Below are positions 16,935 through 25,422 of a stretch of 32,231 nt of DNA, piece after piece. The stretch lies in the sequence record DRR723986_15184; one strand, 5' to 3'. The number at the start of each line of letters is the position of its first letter. The first letter of the stretch is position 1. The notes below the pieces were generated by a model. It saw only the letters and a program-made list of their open reading frames with translations, was not told where the DNA came from and ran no database searches. Both the position numbers and the translations under genes were made by a program.

Positions 16935-18233
16935 CTATTCGTCGTAGACAATAGTGTAACCACGGATTCCATGTTCGTGAGAATCCAAACCGTTACGCTC
17001 ATGCTCTTCAGAAACGCGTATTCCAATAGTCTTTTTCAGGACGAAGAAGATGATGAAAGCAGCAGAGAAAGCCGCAACACCGCAAATAGCAACCCCTGTC
17101 AATTGAGTGAAGAAGGTATGCTCAGGGTTAGTGGAAAAAAGACCTACAGCTAGAGTACCCCAAATCCCACAAGTTAGGTGAACTGAAATGGCTCCTACCA
17201 CATCATCTAGATGTAACATGTCAAGCAACACTGCAGAGTACACTACTAAAACACCAGCTACAAAACCTACAAATACAGCAGCTAGGGGATTAATCACATC
17301 GGCACCAGCAGTGATACCTACCAATCCAGCAAGCACTCCATTAAGTACCATACCGAGATCAAGGCGTTTGAAAACTAAATTTCCAGCAAGAAAACCTCCA
17401 AGCCCGCCAGCACAAGCTGCTAAACAAGTAGTAACTAATACAAAGGAAACTAGTCCCGGATCAGCTGAAAGCACAGAGCCACCGTTGAATCCAAACCATC
17501 CTAGCCAAAGCAAAAAGACACCAATTACCGCCAATGGAACACTTGACCCCGGCTTATCTACAGTCTTTCCGTTTACATATTTTCCAATTCTAGGACCAAC
17601 TAGTATTACACCTGCCAAAGCTCCCCATCCACCTACAGAGTGAACCAAAGTACTACCTGCGAAATCATAGAAGCCCATTGCGTCTAGAGCTCCACCACCC
17701 CATTTCCAACTTCCAATAATTGGATACACTATACCAACATATAATAGAGTGAAAACCAGATACGCCCATAATTTCACTCGCTCCGCTATAGCTCCAGATA
17801 CAATTGTAGCAGCAGTAGCGGCAAACATAGCTTGGAACAAGAAATCAGTCCAGTAAGTATAGCCTCCATCAGCATAACCCGTGGTCACATCAGCATCTCC
17901 TGGTGAAAACCAAAACATACTCCAACCTGCAGCATCAAATGAAAACCACCCTGGAGTTTCAAACCCCGGGTACATCAGGTAGAACCCAACAAAGGCATAT
18001 GATAGAATACCAAGTATTGGGGTGATTGTGTTTTTGAATAAGATGTTAACAGTGTTTTTGGCTTGACCAAATCCTGCTTCAACTCCAGCAAAGCCCAAGT
18101 GCATAATAAACACTAAGGCAGTGGAAAGCATCATCCAAACGTTGTTTGTCGTGAGGAGATTTTGAGAAATCTCTGCCGACAAGTCCATTGTTGCGGCCGC
18201 ATCTTGGGCCAACAGTGTTGCGAAATACTTCAT
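16935..18233 (-). CDS. amt: Ammonium transporter
   Basis: FQAMFAATAATIVSGAIAER, DFAGSTLVH, WLGWFGFNGGS and DDVVGAISVH; both pore histidines present. Confidence 0.97.
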   Translation of the reverse strand: MKYFATLLAQDAAATMDLSAEISQNLLTTNNVWMMLSTALVFIMHLGFAGVEAGFGQAKNTVNILFKNTITPILGILSYAFVGFYLMYPGFETPGWFSFDAAGWSMFWFSPGDADVTTGYADGGYTYWTDFLFQAMFAATAATIVSGAIAERVKLWAYLVFTLLYVGIVYPIIGSWKWGGGALDAMGFYDFAGSTLVHSVGGWGALAGVILVGPRIGKYVNGKTVDKPGSSVPLAVIGVFLLWLGWFGFNGGSVLSADPGLVSFVLVTTCLAACAGGLGGFLAGNLVFKRLDLGMVLNGVLAGLVGITAGADVINPLAAVFVGFVAGVLVVYSAVLLDMLHLDDVVGAISVHLTCGIWGTLAVGLFSTNPEHTFFTQLTGVAICGVAAFSAAFIIFFVLKKTIGIRVSEEHERNGLDSHEHGIRGYTIVYDE

Positions 18234-18702
18234 AGGTTAGATATAGTTATTAGAACAAATTTCAGAATTTACGATAGGTTTTATGTATTTAACTTAGACC
18301 GAATGTAATTATATTATTGATAATAAAACAAATCTATTTTTACGTTTTATGCACCAAAAACTGATTTTTGATATATTTTTCTATCCTATTTTTACATTTT
18401 TTGCAAAAAATATAGGTTTTATGGTCGTTTTGAAAACCTCATACTATAAAAAATATTATTTGGTTTGGATGCATAATATTCTACGAAACCGATTGCATCA
18501 CTATCAATTCGAAATATTGATAAAAAAAATAGGCTCAAATTGAAATTTTATTTCAAAAAAATGAATAAAACAGGATTTTAAGCAATCCATTTGTTTTTAC
18601 GAAAAATATAAATTTTTAGAAATACGATATTTTTTTAACCCATTTTTAAAAAAAATGTCATAATTATTAGAAATCACACCTAGAAATCTACCCCATAGGC
18701 AT

Positions 18703-18728
18703 AAAAAAAACCGACATATGCCGGTTTT
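18703..18728 (-). terminator. Probable hemB terminator
   Basis: A8-CCG-N8-CGGTTTT; weak stem. Confidence 0.55.
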
Positions 18729-18753
18729 ATAGGCAACAATACACTTAAGACCT

Positions 18754-19722
18754 CTATTTCATCAAACTTGCATATTCTTTGGCAAAATATGTAAGAATAA
18801 CCTTCGCTCCAGCTCGTTTTATGCTCAACAACACTTCGAGCATAGCTCGATCATTATCGATCCAACCCTTGTCTGCTGAAGCTTTAATCATACTGTACTC
18901 ACCAGACACATTATAAGCAGCTATCGGCAATGGGAAATTATCGTTTAGAAGTTTAATAATGTCCAAATAGGAAAGCGCTGGCTTCACCATCAGGAAGTCC
19001 GCACCTTCTTCGGTATCCAAATCACCTTCTATCAATGCCTCCTGAGAATTTGCTGGATTCATCTGATAAGTCTTTTTATCACCGAACTTCGGCGCAGAAT
19101 CCAAGGCATCTCTAAACGGACCATAAAATGCACTGGCATATTTAGCAGTATAAGACATGATAGAGGTCTCCGTAAAACCACTTTCGTCCAATAACTCCCG
19201 TATATAACCTACTCGACCATCCATCATATCAGACGGACCAATGATATCCACACCTGCATCTGCCTGAGCTAAGGACATCCTTGCAAGAATTTCAAGCGTC
19301 TCATCATTTAAAATTTTACCGTCTTTCACTAATCCATCGTGCCCGTCACTACTATATGGATCCATTGCCACATCAGACATTAGACACACTTCTGGAAATT
19401 CCTTTTTGATTTCACGAAGTGCCTTCAGGTAAAAAGTCTCAGGATTATAACTTTCTGAAGCAATTGCATCTTTCAAACTATCCGAATAAGCAGGAAACAC
19501 ATCAAAAGACTGAATCCCCAATTTCAAACAGCTTTCAATTTCACCAAGCATCGTATCTATAGAGTACCTATATATATTAGGCATGGAATCAATCGCTACC
19601 TTCTTCTTGACACCATCCACAAGAAACATGGGGAAGATCAGATCTTTGACAGAAAGACTGGTTTCTTCGACGAGATTCCTTACAGCTTCGGATTTTCTAT
19701 TTCTTCTAGGTCTTCTTAGCAT
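18754..19722 (-). CDS. hemB: Porphobilinogen synthase (type lacking the Zn-binding cysteines)
   Basis: RRPRRNR, DVAMDPYSSDGHDG, PSDMMDGR, AKYASAFYGPFRDA and MVKPA motifs. Confidence 0.98.
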   Translation of the reverse strand: MLRRPRRNRKSEAVRNLVEETSLSVKDLIFPMFLVDGVKKKVAIDSMPNIYRYSIDTMLGEIESCLKLGIQSFDVFPAYSDSLKDAIASESYNPETFYLKALREIKKEFPEVCLMSDVAMDPYSSDGHDGLVKDGKILNDETLEILARMSLAQADAGVDIIGPSDMMDGRVGYIRELLDESGFTETSIMSYTAKYASAFYGPFRDALDSAPKFGDKKTYQMNPANSQEALIEGDLDTEEGADFLMVKPALSYLDIIKLLNDNFPLPIAAYNVSGEYSMIKASADKGWIDNDRAMLEVLLSIKRAGAKVILTYFAKEYASLMK

Positions 19723-19725
19723 GAT

Positions 19726-20379
19726 TTATTTGAAAAGTTGTTGAATATGGACAAGATCTAAGTTTTTGTAATCTTCTATATATAGGTCACAAGTCGGCAA
19801 CTCATCTTTAGTATGACTGGAAAGTACACCCACCACTTTCATCCCCGCATTGATTCCGGCACTTGCTCCTGAGAAAGAATCTTCAAACACCAAGCATTCC
19901 TCAGGCTTCAAACCAAGCTTTGCAGCACTTTTTAAGTAGACTTCCGGGTCAGGTTTATGCTTTGACACATCTTCAGAAGCAAGCTGCGATTGCATTTGCT
20001 CTCCAATACCAAGCACACCTATAATTAGGTCTAGATTTGCACGAGGAGCCGAGGTAGCCACAGCAGTGAGCAAGCCTTCGGATTTCAACTTCTCAAAAAA
20101 CTCCATAAAACCTGAAATAGGATTCACTTCATCCTTATAGATTTCCCTGAAAAGCCCTTCTTTCTCATCCTCCAGCAATGCTAATTCTTCACCCTCTATT
20201 TTTCTACCAAGGAAATGACTCAGAATATACCCGTTGTTTTTCCCATACATATGTTCTACATATTCCGCTTCAGTAGGATTGAGGTTTCGTTTCGCAAAAA
20301 ATTGCTGGAAAGCAATAGAATGAAATGGATTGGTATGACAAATCACCCCATCCATATCAAAAATGACAGCTTTTAACAT
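19726..20379 (-). CDS. HAD family phosphatase (beta-PGM/CbbY-like)
   Basis: FDMDGV, ATSA, KPDPEVY and VFEDS motifs. Confidence 0.93.
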   Translation of the reverse strand: MLKAVIFDMDGVICHTNPFHSIAFQQFFAKRNLNPTEAEYVEHMYGKNNGYILSHFLGRKIEGEELALLEDEKEGLFREIYKDEVNPISGFMEFFEKLKSEGLLTAVATSAPRANLDLIIGVLGIGEQMQSQLASEDVSKHKPDPEVYLKSAAKLGLKPEECLVFEDSFSGASAGINAGMKVVGVLSSHTKDELPTCDLYIEDYKNLDLVHIQQLFK

Positions 20380-20404
20380 GTGTTGGTCGAGTTTTTTAAG
20401 TTTT

Positions 20405-20412
20405 CAAAATTA
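20405..20412 (-). promoter_or_regulatory. -7 element for the HAD-hemB unit
   Basis: Minus strand TAATTTTG, 25 nt before the ATG and downstream of the rocD terminator. Confidence 0.6.
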
Positions 20413-20425
20413 AGTATAAGACACT

Positions 20426-20461
20426 AAAAAACCCTCCCAAGTTCCAAAAACAAGGGAGGGT
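20426..20461 (-). terminator. rocD terminator
   Basis: ACCCTCCC-N15-GGGAGGGT with a U-tract on the minus strand. Confidence 0.75.
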
Positions 20462-20486
20462 CAATTCAATAAACAGATAGGTTACT

Positions 20487-21722
20487 CTACTTTCCAAAAG
20501 AAGTAATCGTCTTCTCAATAATATCACAGCACTCATGAATCTGTTCTTCGGTCATTACTAGCGGAGGAGCAAAACGGATAATATTACCGTGTGTAGGCTT
20601 CGCCAAAAGACCGTTGTCTTTCAAGGCAACACAAATATCCCAAGCTGTACTGCTTTCTTCAGTATCATTGATCACTACCGCGTTGAGCAAACCCTTTCCT
20701 CTAACAAGCGTCACTAGATCTGATTTCTCCACAAGCTTCTGCATCCTAAACCTAAATAATTCACCTAACCTCTCAGCATTCTCCGCAAGCTTTTCATCCT
20801 TTACCACTTCCAAAGCGGTCATGGCTACGCGAGCTCCTAGAGGATTACCTCCGAAAGTAGAACCATGCTGACCTGGCTTGATGACATTCATCACCGCATC
20901 ATCTGCCAACACAAGAGATACTGGATAGAATCCACCTGAAACGGCTTTTCCAAGAATCAGAATATCCGGACGTACATTTTCATGATCCACAGCCAGCAAC
21001 TTTCCTGTTCGTGCAATCCCTGTCTGAATTTCATCTGCTATAAATAAAACATTCTTCGCCTCGCAGGCAGCCTTAGCTTCTTTTAGATAGTTTGGCCCAG
21101 GCACATACACTCCAGCTTCACCTTGTATTGGCTCTACTAAAAATGCCACCACATCAGGATCATCCAAGACTGCGTTTAATGCATGTATATCATCGTAAGG
21201 GATTTTCACAAATCCAGCTGTATAGGGACCAAAGTTCTTTCTAGCGTTTTCATCATTAGAAAAAGAAATGATAGTAGTAGTTCTGCCGTGGAAGTTATTC
21301 TCCGCTACTACGATCTTCGCTCGATTTTCATCCACACCCTTTTTCTCATACCCCCACTTCCTGGCGATTTTGATCGCAGTCTCCACACCTTCGGCTCCAG
21401 TGTTCATTGGAAGCACTTTATCAAAACCGAAATAATCGGAAATGTATTTTTCAAAAGGTCCTAATACGTCATTATGAAATGCGCGGGATGTCAAAGTCAA
21501 GGTACTTGCCTGCTCTATTAAAGCATCCTTTATACGAGGATGGCAGTGACCTTGATTCACGGCAGAATAGGCTGACAAGAAATCATAGTAACGCTTACCC
21601 TCTACATCCCAGAGAAAAACCCCTTCGCCTCTTGCAAGAACCACAGGCAATGGATGATAATTATGCGCGCCGTATTGATCTTCTAACTCTATTGCTTGCT
21701 TACTGGAAGTGATAGTCTGCAT
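20487..21722 (-). CDS. rocD: Ornithine--oxo-acid transaminase
   Basis: [38 protein letters not shown] and HGSTFGGNP. Start moved to ATG 21722 (MQTITS). Confidence 0.96.
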   Translation of the reverse strand: MQTITSSKQAIELEDQYGAHNYHPLPVVLARGEGVFLWDVEGKRYYDFLSAYSAVNQGHCHPRIKDALIEQASTLTLTSRAFHNDVLGPFEKYISDYFGFDKVLPMNTGAEGVETAIKIARKWGYEKKGVDENRAKIVVAENNFHGRTTTIISFSNDENARKNFGPYTAGFVKIPYDDIHALNAVLDDPDVVAFLVEPIQGEAGVYVPGPNYLKEAKAACEAKNVLFIADEIQTGIARTGKLLAVDHENVRPDILILGKAVSGGFYPVSLVLADDAVMNVIKPGQHGSTFGGNPLGARVAMTALEVVKDEKLAENAERLGELFRFRMQKLVEKSDLVTLVRGKGLLNAVVINDTEESSTAWDICVALKDNGLLAKPTHGNIIRFAPPLVMTEEQIHECCDIIEKTITSFGK

Positions 21723-21767
21723 GTTTTTCGTAATTTTGTATACTATATAATAAGGACTCGTCAAGTC

Positions 21768-21775
21768 CAAATATA
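21768..21775 (-). promoter_or_regulatory. -7 element for rocD
   Basis: Minus strand TATATTTG. Confidence 0.6.
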
Positions 21776-21796
21776 GTAATTGCCTTTGCCCGAACC

Positions 21797-21955
21797 ATGA
21801 AAGATCCGAAGAACCCTCAACCTAGTAGCCCATTAAGTTCGGAAGACTTCTATTTCAACGAGCAAGGACTGATGGTTTTCACAAAAAGTTATCATCTAAA
21901 ACGGGGCTATTGCTGCGGGAACGGCTGTAAACACTGTTCCTACCCAAAAGTCTGA
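21797..21955 (+). CDS. DUF5522 family small Cys-rich protein (52 aa, not in ORF track)
   Basis: Manual translation: [52 protein letters not shown]. Confidence 0.88.
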   Translation: MKDPKNPQPSSPLSSEDFYFNEQGLMVFTKSYHLKRGYCCGNGCKHCSYPKV

Positions 21956-21984
21956 TATAAAAGGGAATATTTTTGAAATGCATT

Positions 21985-22015
21985 GTTGCATATCCCCAAA
22001 AAGTTCCGATATTTG
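21985..22015 (+). promoter_or_regulatory. Probable rpmB operon promoter
   Basis: GTTG-N19-GATATTTG, close to the TTTG/TAnnTTTG consensus. Confidence 0.5.
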
Positions 22016-22057
22016 CAGACTCATTACAGAAACGGATACAATTTACTATACATTACC

Positions 22058-22300
22058 ATGGCAAAAGTTTGTGACATAACCGGAAAAAGACCTCGAGTAG
22101 GTAACAACGTCTCCCATGCAAACAACAAGACTAAGCGTAGATTCTACCCAAATCTTCACAAGAAGACGTTCTACGTTCCAGAAGAAGATGCATGGATCAC
22201 TTTGAAAGTTTGTACTAAGGCATTGAAGACTATCAATAAGAAAGGTATCACTGCGGTTTTGAAAGAAGCTCAGGATAACGGGATGATTGTAATCAGATAA
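22058..22300 (+). CDS. rpmB: 50S ribosomal protein bL28
   Basis: [29 protein letters not shown]; true start ATG 22058. Confidence 0.98.
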   Translation: MAKVCDITGKRPRVGNNVSHANNKTKRRFYPNLHKKTFYVPEEDAWITLKVCTKALKTINKKGITAVLKEAQDNGMIVIR

Positions 22301-22331
22301 TCAAGGTCACTACCTTAAAATCAATACAAAG

Positions 22332-22514
22332 ATGGCTAAGAAAGGCAATAGAGTACAAGTGATTATGGAATGCACGGAGCACAAAGCTTCTGGATTGCCA
22401 GGTACTTCAAGATACATCACTACCAAGAATAGAAAAAATACTACTGAAAGATTGGAATTGAAAAAATTCAATCCAATTATGAAGAAGGTAACTGTTCATA
22501 AAGAAATTAAATAA
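22332..22514 (+). CDS. rpmG: 50S ribosomal protein bL33
   Basis: [28 protein letters not shown]. Confidence 0.98.
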   Translation: MAKKGNRVQVIMECTEHKASGLPGTSRYITTKNRKNTTERLELKKFNPIMKKVTVHKEIK

Positions 22515-22551
22515 TTTAGCTCGGAAGCAATTCCGTTAAAACGATAAAATT

Positions 22552-22704
22552 ATGGCTAAGAAAGTAGTAGCAACCCTTAAGAAAGAAGGCGGCGTAACTT
22601 ACGCCAAAGTTATCAAGGCTGTTAGATCTGAGAAGACCGGCGCTTATACCTTCAGAGAAGAAATGGTTCCTTCCCCATTGGTACAGGACACCTTGAAAAA
22701 ATAA
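22552..22704 (+). CDS. DUF4295 protein / Bacteroidota ribosomal protein bL38 (50 aa, not in ORF track)
   Basis: Manual translation MAKKVVATLKKEGGVTYAKVIKAVRSEKTGAYTFREEMVPSPLVQDTLKK; lies between rpmG and ftsY. Confidence 0.92.
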   Translation: MAKKVVATLKKEGGVTYAKVIKAVRSEKTGAYTFREEMVPSPLVQDTLKK

Positions 22705-22731
22705 GTTGCAAATTGCAGCATAAGGCATTCT

Positions 22732-22765
22732 AGTCCCTCTGTCCATCGGTCAGCAGGGACTTTTT
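22732..22765 (+). terminator. Terminator after the r-protein genes
   Basis: AGTCCCT-CTG-N9-CAG-C-AGGGACT-TTTT. Confidence 0.75.
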
Positions 22766-22795
22766 CGTTATATTCCACTTTTAAAACGCATACCC

Positions 22796-23755
22796 ATGGG
22801 AATCTTTGGTTTCTTTTCAAAAGACAAGAAAGAAAGCCTCGATCAAGGCCTTCAGAAATCAAGCGAAAACATTTTTTCAAAACTCAGTAAAGCCGTAGTC
22901 GGCAAGTCCAAAGTGGACGATGAGATTTTGGATGAATTGGAAGAAATACTAATCACCTCTGACGTGGGGGTGGACACTACAATCAAAGTAATTCAACGAA
23001 TTGAAGAACGAGTAGCGCGTGACAAATATGTAAACACAGCGGAGCTCGACGTGATTCTCAAAGAAGAAATTGAAAACCTTCTGAAGGAAAACAATTCTCA
23101 AGATTTAATGGATTTTGATTTGCCGGAGGGAAAGAAACCTTATGTAATCATGGTGGTGGGAGTGAACGGTGTTGGCAAAACGACAACAATAGGGAAACTG
23201 GCAAATCTTTTCCAATCCGCAGGAAAATCAGTAATCCTAGGTGCTGCAGATACATTTAGAGCTGCGGCGGTAGATCAATTGATACTCTGGGGAAACAGAG
23301 TCGGCGTTCCTGTTGTGTCTCATGGCATGAATACAGATCCTGCGTCGGTAGCGTTCGATGCGGTAAAGCAAGGAGTGGATTCTAATGCAGATGTCGTCAT
23401 CATTGATACTGCCGGGCGACTCCACACCAAAGTGAATCTGATGAATGAACTTGGCAAAATCAAGCGCGTAATGCAAAAATTCATCCCTGATGCACCGCAT
23501 GAGATCCTCCTCGTTTTAGATGGATCTACTGGCCAAAATGCATTTATTCAGGCAAAAGAATTTACAAAAGTCACTGAAATCACTTCATTAGCCATCACCA
23601 AACTTGATGGAACTGCCAAAGGCGGTGTGGTGATTGGCATCTCAGATCAATTTAAAATTCCAGTCAAATACATTGGAGTAGGCGAGAAAATGACTGATTT
23701 ACAAATCTTTAATCGGAAAGAATTTGTCGATTCACTTTTTACGAAGAAAAAATAA
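22796..23755 (+). CDS. ftsY: Signal recognition particle receptor FtsY
   Basis: GVNGVGKTTT, DTFRAAA, DTAGR, DGSTGQN and TKLDGTAKGG motifs. Confidence 0.98.
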   Translation: MGIFGFFSKDKKESLDQGLQKSSENIFSKLSKAVVGKSKVDDEILDELEEILITSDVGVDTTIKVIQRIEERVARDKYVNTAELDVILKEEIENLLKENNSQDLMDFDLPEGKKPYVIMVVGVNGVGKTTTIGKLANLFQSAGKSVILGAADTFRAAAVDQLILWGNRVGVPVVSHGMNTDPASVAFDAVKQGVDSNADVVIIDTAGRLHTKVNLMNELGKIKRVMQKFIPDAPHEILLVLDGSTGQNAFIQAKEFTKVTEITSLAITKLDGTAKGGVVIGISDQFKIPVKYIGVGEKMTDLQIFNRKEFVDSLFTKKK

Positions 23756-23771
23756 GGAACCGAACTTAATC

Positions 23772-23805
23772 AAATACCCCGACTAACATCGGGGTATTTT
23801 TTTTT
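23772..23805 (+). terminator. ftsY terminator
   Basis: AAATACCCCGA-N6-TCGGGGTATTT followed by a T-run. Confidence 0.9.
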
Positions 23806-23843
23806 GCAAAAACTTGAACCTTAATCAGACTTTAGCGTAATTT

Positions 23844-23870
23844 AATATGATATCATTTTAACATCATATT
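23844..23870. promoter_or_regulatory. Candidate operator of the SPFH operon
   Basis: AATATGAT-N11-ATCATATT inverted repeat, containing the palindrome TGATATCA and a degenerate copy TAACATCA. Confidence 0.6.
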
Positions 23871-23873
23871 AAC

Positions 23874-24725
23874 ATGGAAAAAATAACTAAACCTATGTCA
23901 GGATACTTTATGATCCTGTTTGTACTTGCACTTATTATTTTTGCAGTTGCCCTTTTTATTCAGCAAATCATGATTGTTGTCGGCATCTTATCGGTAGTGG
24001 TAGCACTAATAAGTCTAGGTGGGTTCTTCATCGTAGAACCAAATAAATCAATGGTACTTCTACTTTTTGGAAACTATAAAGGAAGTGTAAAAGACAATGG
24101 CTTTTACTGGGTCAATCCATTCATGACAAAAAAGAAAATCTCACTTCGAGTGAGAAATTTTGAAAACAAGCCAGTCAAAGTGAACGACAAAATAGGCAAT
24201 CCAGTAATGATCGGAACCATCGTAGTTTGGCAAGTGGAAGATACCTTCAAGGCAACATTTGATGTGGATGATTATGAAAACTTTGTTCACTTACAGTCAG
24301 ACGCAGCAATACGAAAAATGGCTGGACTATATCCATATGATAATTTTGAAGCTGAAGAAGCTGAGGTCACACTCCGATCTGGCGTTGAAGATGTCAACCA
24401 TTCCTTAGAGCAAGAGATCAGTGAACGTCTACATCATGCGGGGATCAAAGTAATTGAAGCTCGAATTTCTCACTTGGCTTATGCCTCTGAGATTGCATCA
24501 GCCATGCTCCAAAGACAACAGGCAACTGCTATCGTAGCGGCAAGACAAAAAATTGTTGAAGGAGCTGTTGGAATGGTAGAAATGGCATTAGCAGATTTGA
24601 AATTAAAAGACATCATTGAATTTGATGACGAGAAAAAGGCCGTAATGGTATCGAACTTGATGGTAGTTCTCTGTTCCGACAAAAGTGCTAGTCCTGTACT
24701 AAATGTAGGCACGCTTAATCAATAG
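23874..24725 (+). CDS. SPFH/band-7 domain membrane protein
   Basis: Two N-terminal TM segments; LFGxYxG, KVNDKIGNP and LAYASEIASAMLQRQQA motifs. Confidence 0.93.
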   Translation: MEKITKPMSGYFMILFVLALIIFAVALFIQQIMIVVGILSVVVALISLGGFFIVEPNKSMVLLLFGNYKGSVKDNGFYWVNPFMTKKKISLRVRNFENKPVKVNDKIGNPVMIGTIVVWQVEDTFKATFDVDDYENFVHLQSDAAIRKMAGLYPYDNFEAEEAEVTLRSGVEDVNHSLEQEISERLHHAGIKVIEARISHLAYASEIASAMLQRQQATAIVAARQKIVEGAVGMVEMALADLKLKDIIEFDDEKKAVMVSNLMVVLCSDKSASPVLNVGTLNQ

Positions 24726-24727
24726 CC

Positions 24728-25216
24728 ATGGCTAATCGCATTTTCAAAGAAAGCCAATCTTATCTAGGTACTTGGATCATGTACGTCATGATTTTGACAG
24801 AGGTACCAGTGATTATCTTAATGATTGTATTATATGCTACCACCGATGACAAACAAGAAATGGCGATTGCACTGGGAGTAGTTATTGGCTCATTGATTCT
24901 AGTTTTCATCCTGATTTTCAATCTGAAACTTGAAACAAGGATTGATGATAAAAGTATTTCTTTCAGATACACGCCCTTTATTCGTCAGTGGCGAAGTTTC
25001 CAAAAAGAAACAATTAAGTCATACAAAGTCATTAACTATAGCCCCATCTCAGACTATGGAGGATGGGGATTTAAAGGAAATAAAACTACCAAAGCTTACT
25101 CAGTTCTTGGAGATCAAGGACTTTTAATAGATGTAGGCGAAAAGAAAAAAATATTAATAGGGACAATGAAGGCTAAAGAACTGACAGCTTTCATGGAAAA
25201 TTGGAAGGAAGAATAA
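24728..25216 (+). CDS. Membrane protein with bacterial PH-like C-terminal domain
   Basis: Two TM segments, then Y.PISDYGGWGF..KAY.V.G..GL and LIGT. Confidence 0.7.
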   Translation: MANRIFKESQSYLGTWIMYVMILTEVPVIILMIVLYATTDDKQEMAIALGVVIGSLILVFILIFNLKLETRIDDKSISFRYTPFIRQWRSFQKETIKSYKVINYSPISDYGGWGFKGNKTTKAYSVLGDQGLLIDVGEKKKILIGTMKAKELTAFMENWKEE

Positions 25217-25219
25217 ATT

Positions 25220-25417
25220 ATGCCTAAGAAAAAAGCATTTGCTCTACGGCTAGATGAGAACATGATGAAAGCGCTCGAAAAATGGGCCGGAGATGAGTTC
25301 CGCAGCACCAATGGTCAGCTGGAATGGATCATCAGGGAATCATTAAAAAAAGCTGGACGCTTGCCTAAAGGTAGCATAACTAACCCTAAGCCACACGAAA
25401 ACCCAATTCAGGAATAA
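25220..25417 (+). CDS. Arc-family ribbon-helix-helix DNA-binding protein
   Basis: KKAFALRLD (ribbon), ALEKWA.DEFRSTNGQLEWII. Confidence 0.88.
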   Translation: MPKKKAFALRLDENMMKALEKWAGDEFRSTNGQLEWIIRESLKKAGRLPKGSITNPKPHENPIQE

Positions 25418-25422
25418 CATTC

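Noticed and set aside
17188..17643. 151-aa antisense ORF within amt
   Set aside because: Thr/Pro/Ala-rich mirror of hydrophobic codons; no independent expression signals.
18349..18543. 64-aa ORF in the AT-rich amt upstream region
   Set aside because: Composition (F/I/K/Y/N) is what random AT-rich DNA produces; no motif.
22516..22880. Minus-strand ORFs between rpmG and ftsY
   Set aside because: Antisense to the real bL38 gene and to the start of ftsY.
25220..25417. RHH protein as the antitoxin of a toxin-antitoxin pair
   Set aside because: No adjacent toxin-like gene; its neighbours are membrane proteins.
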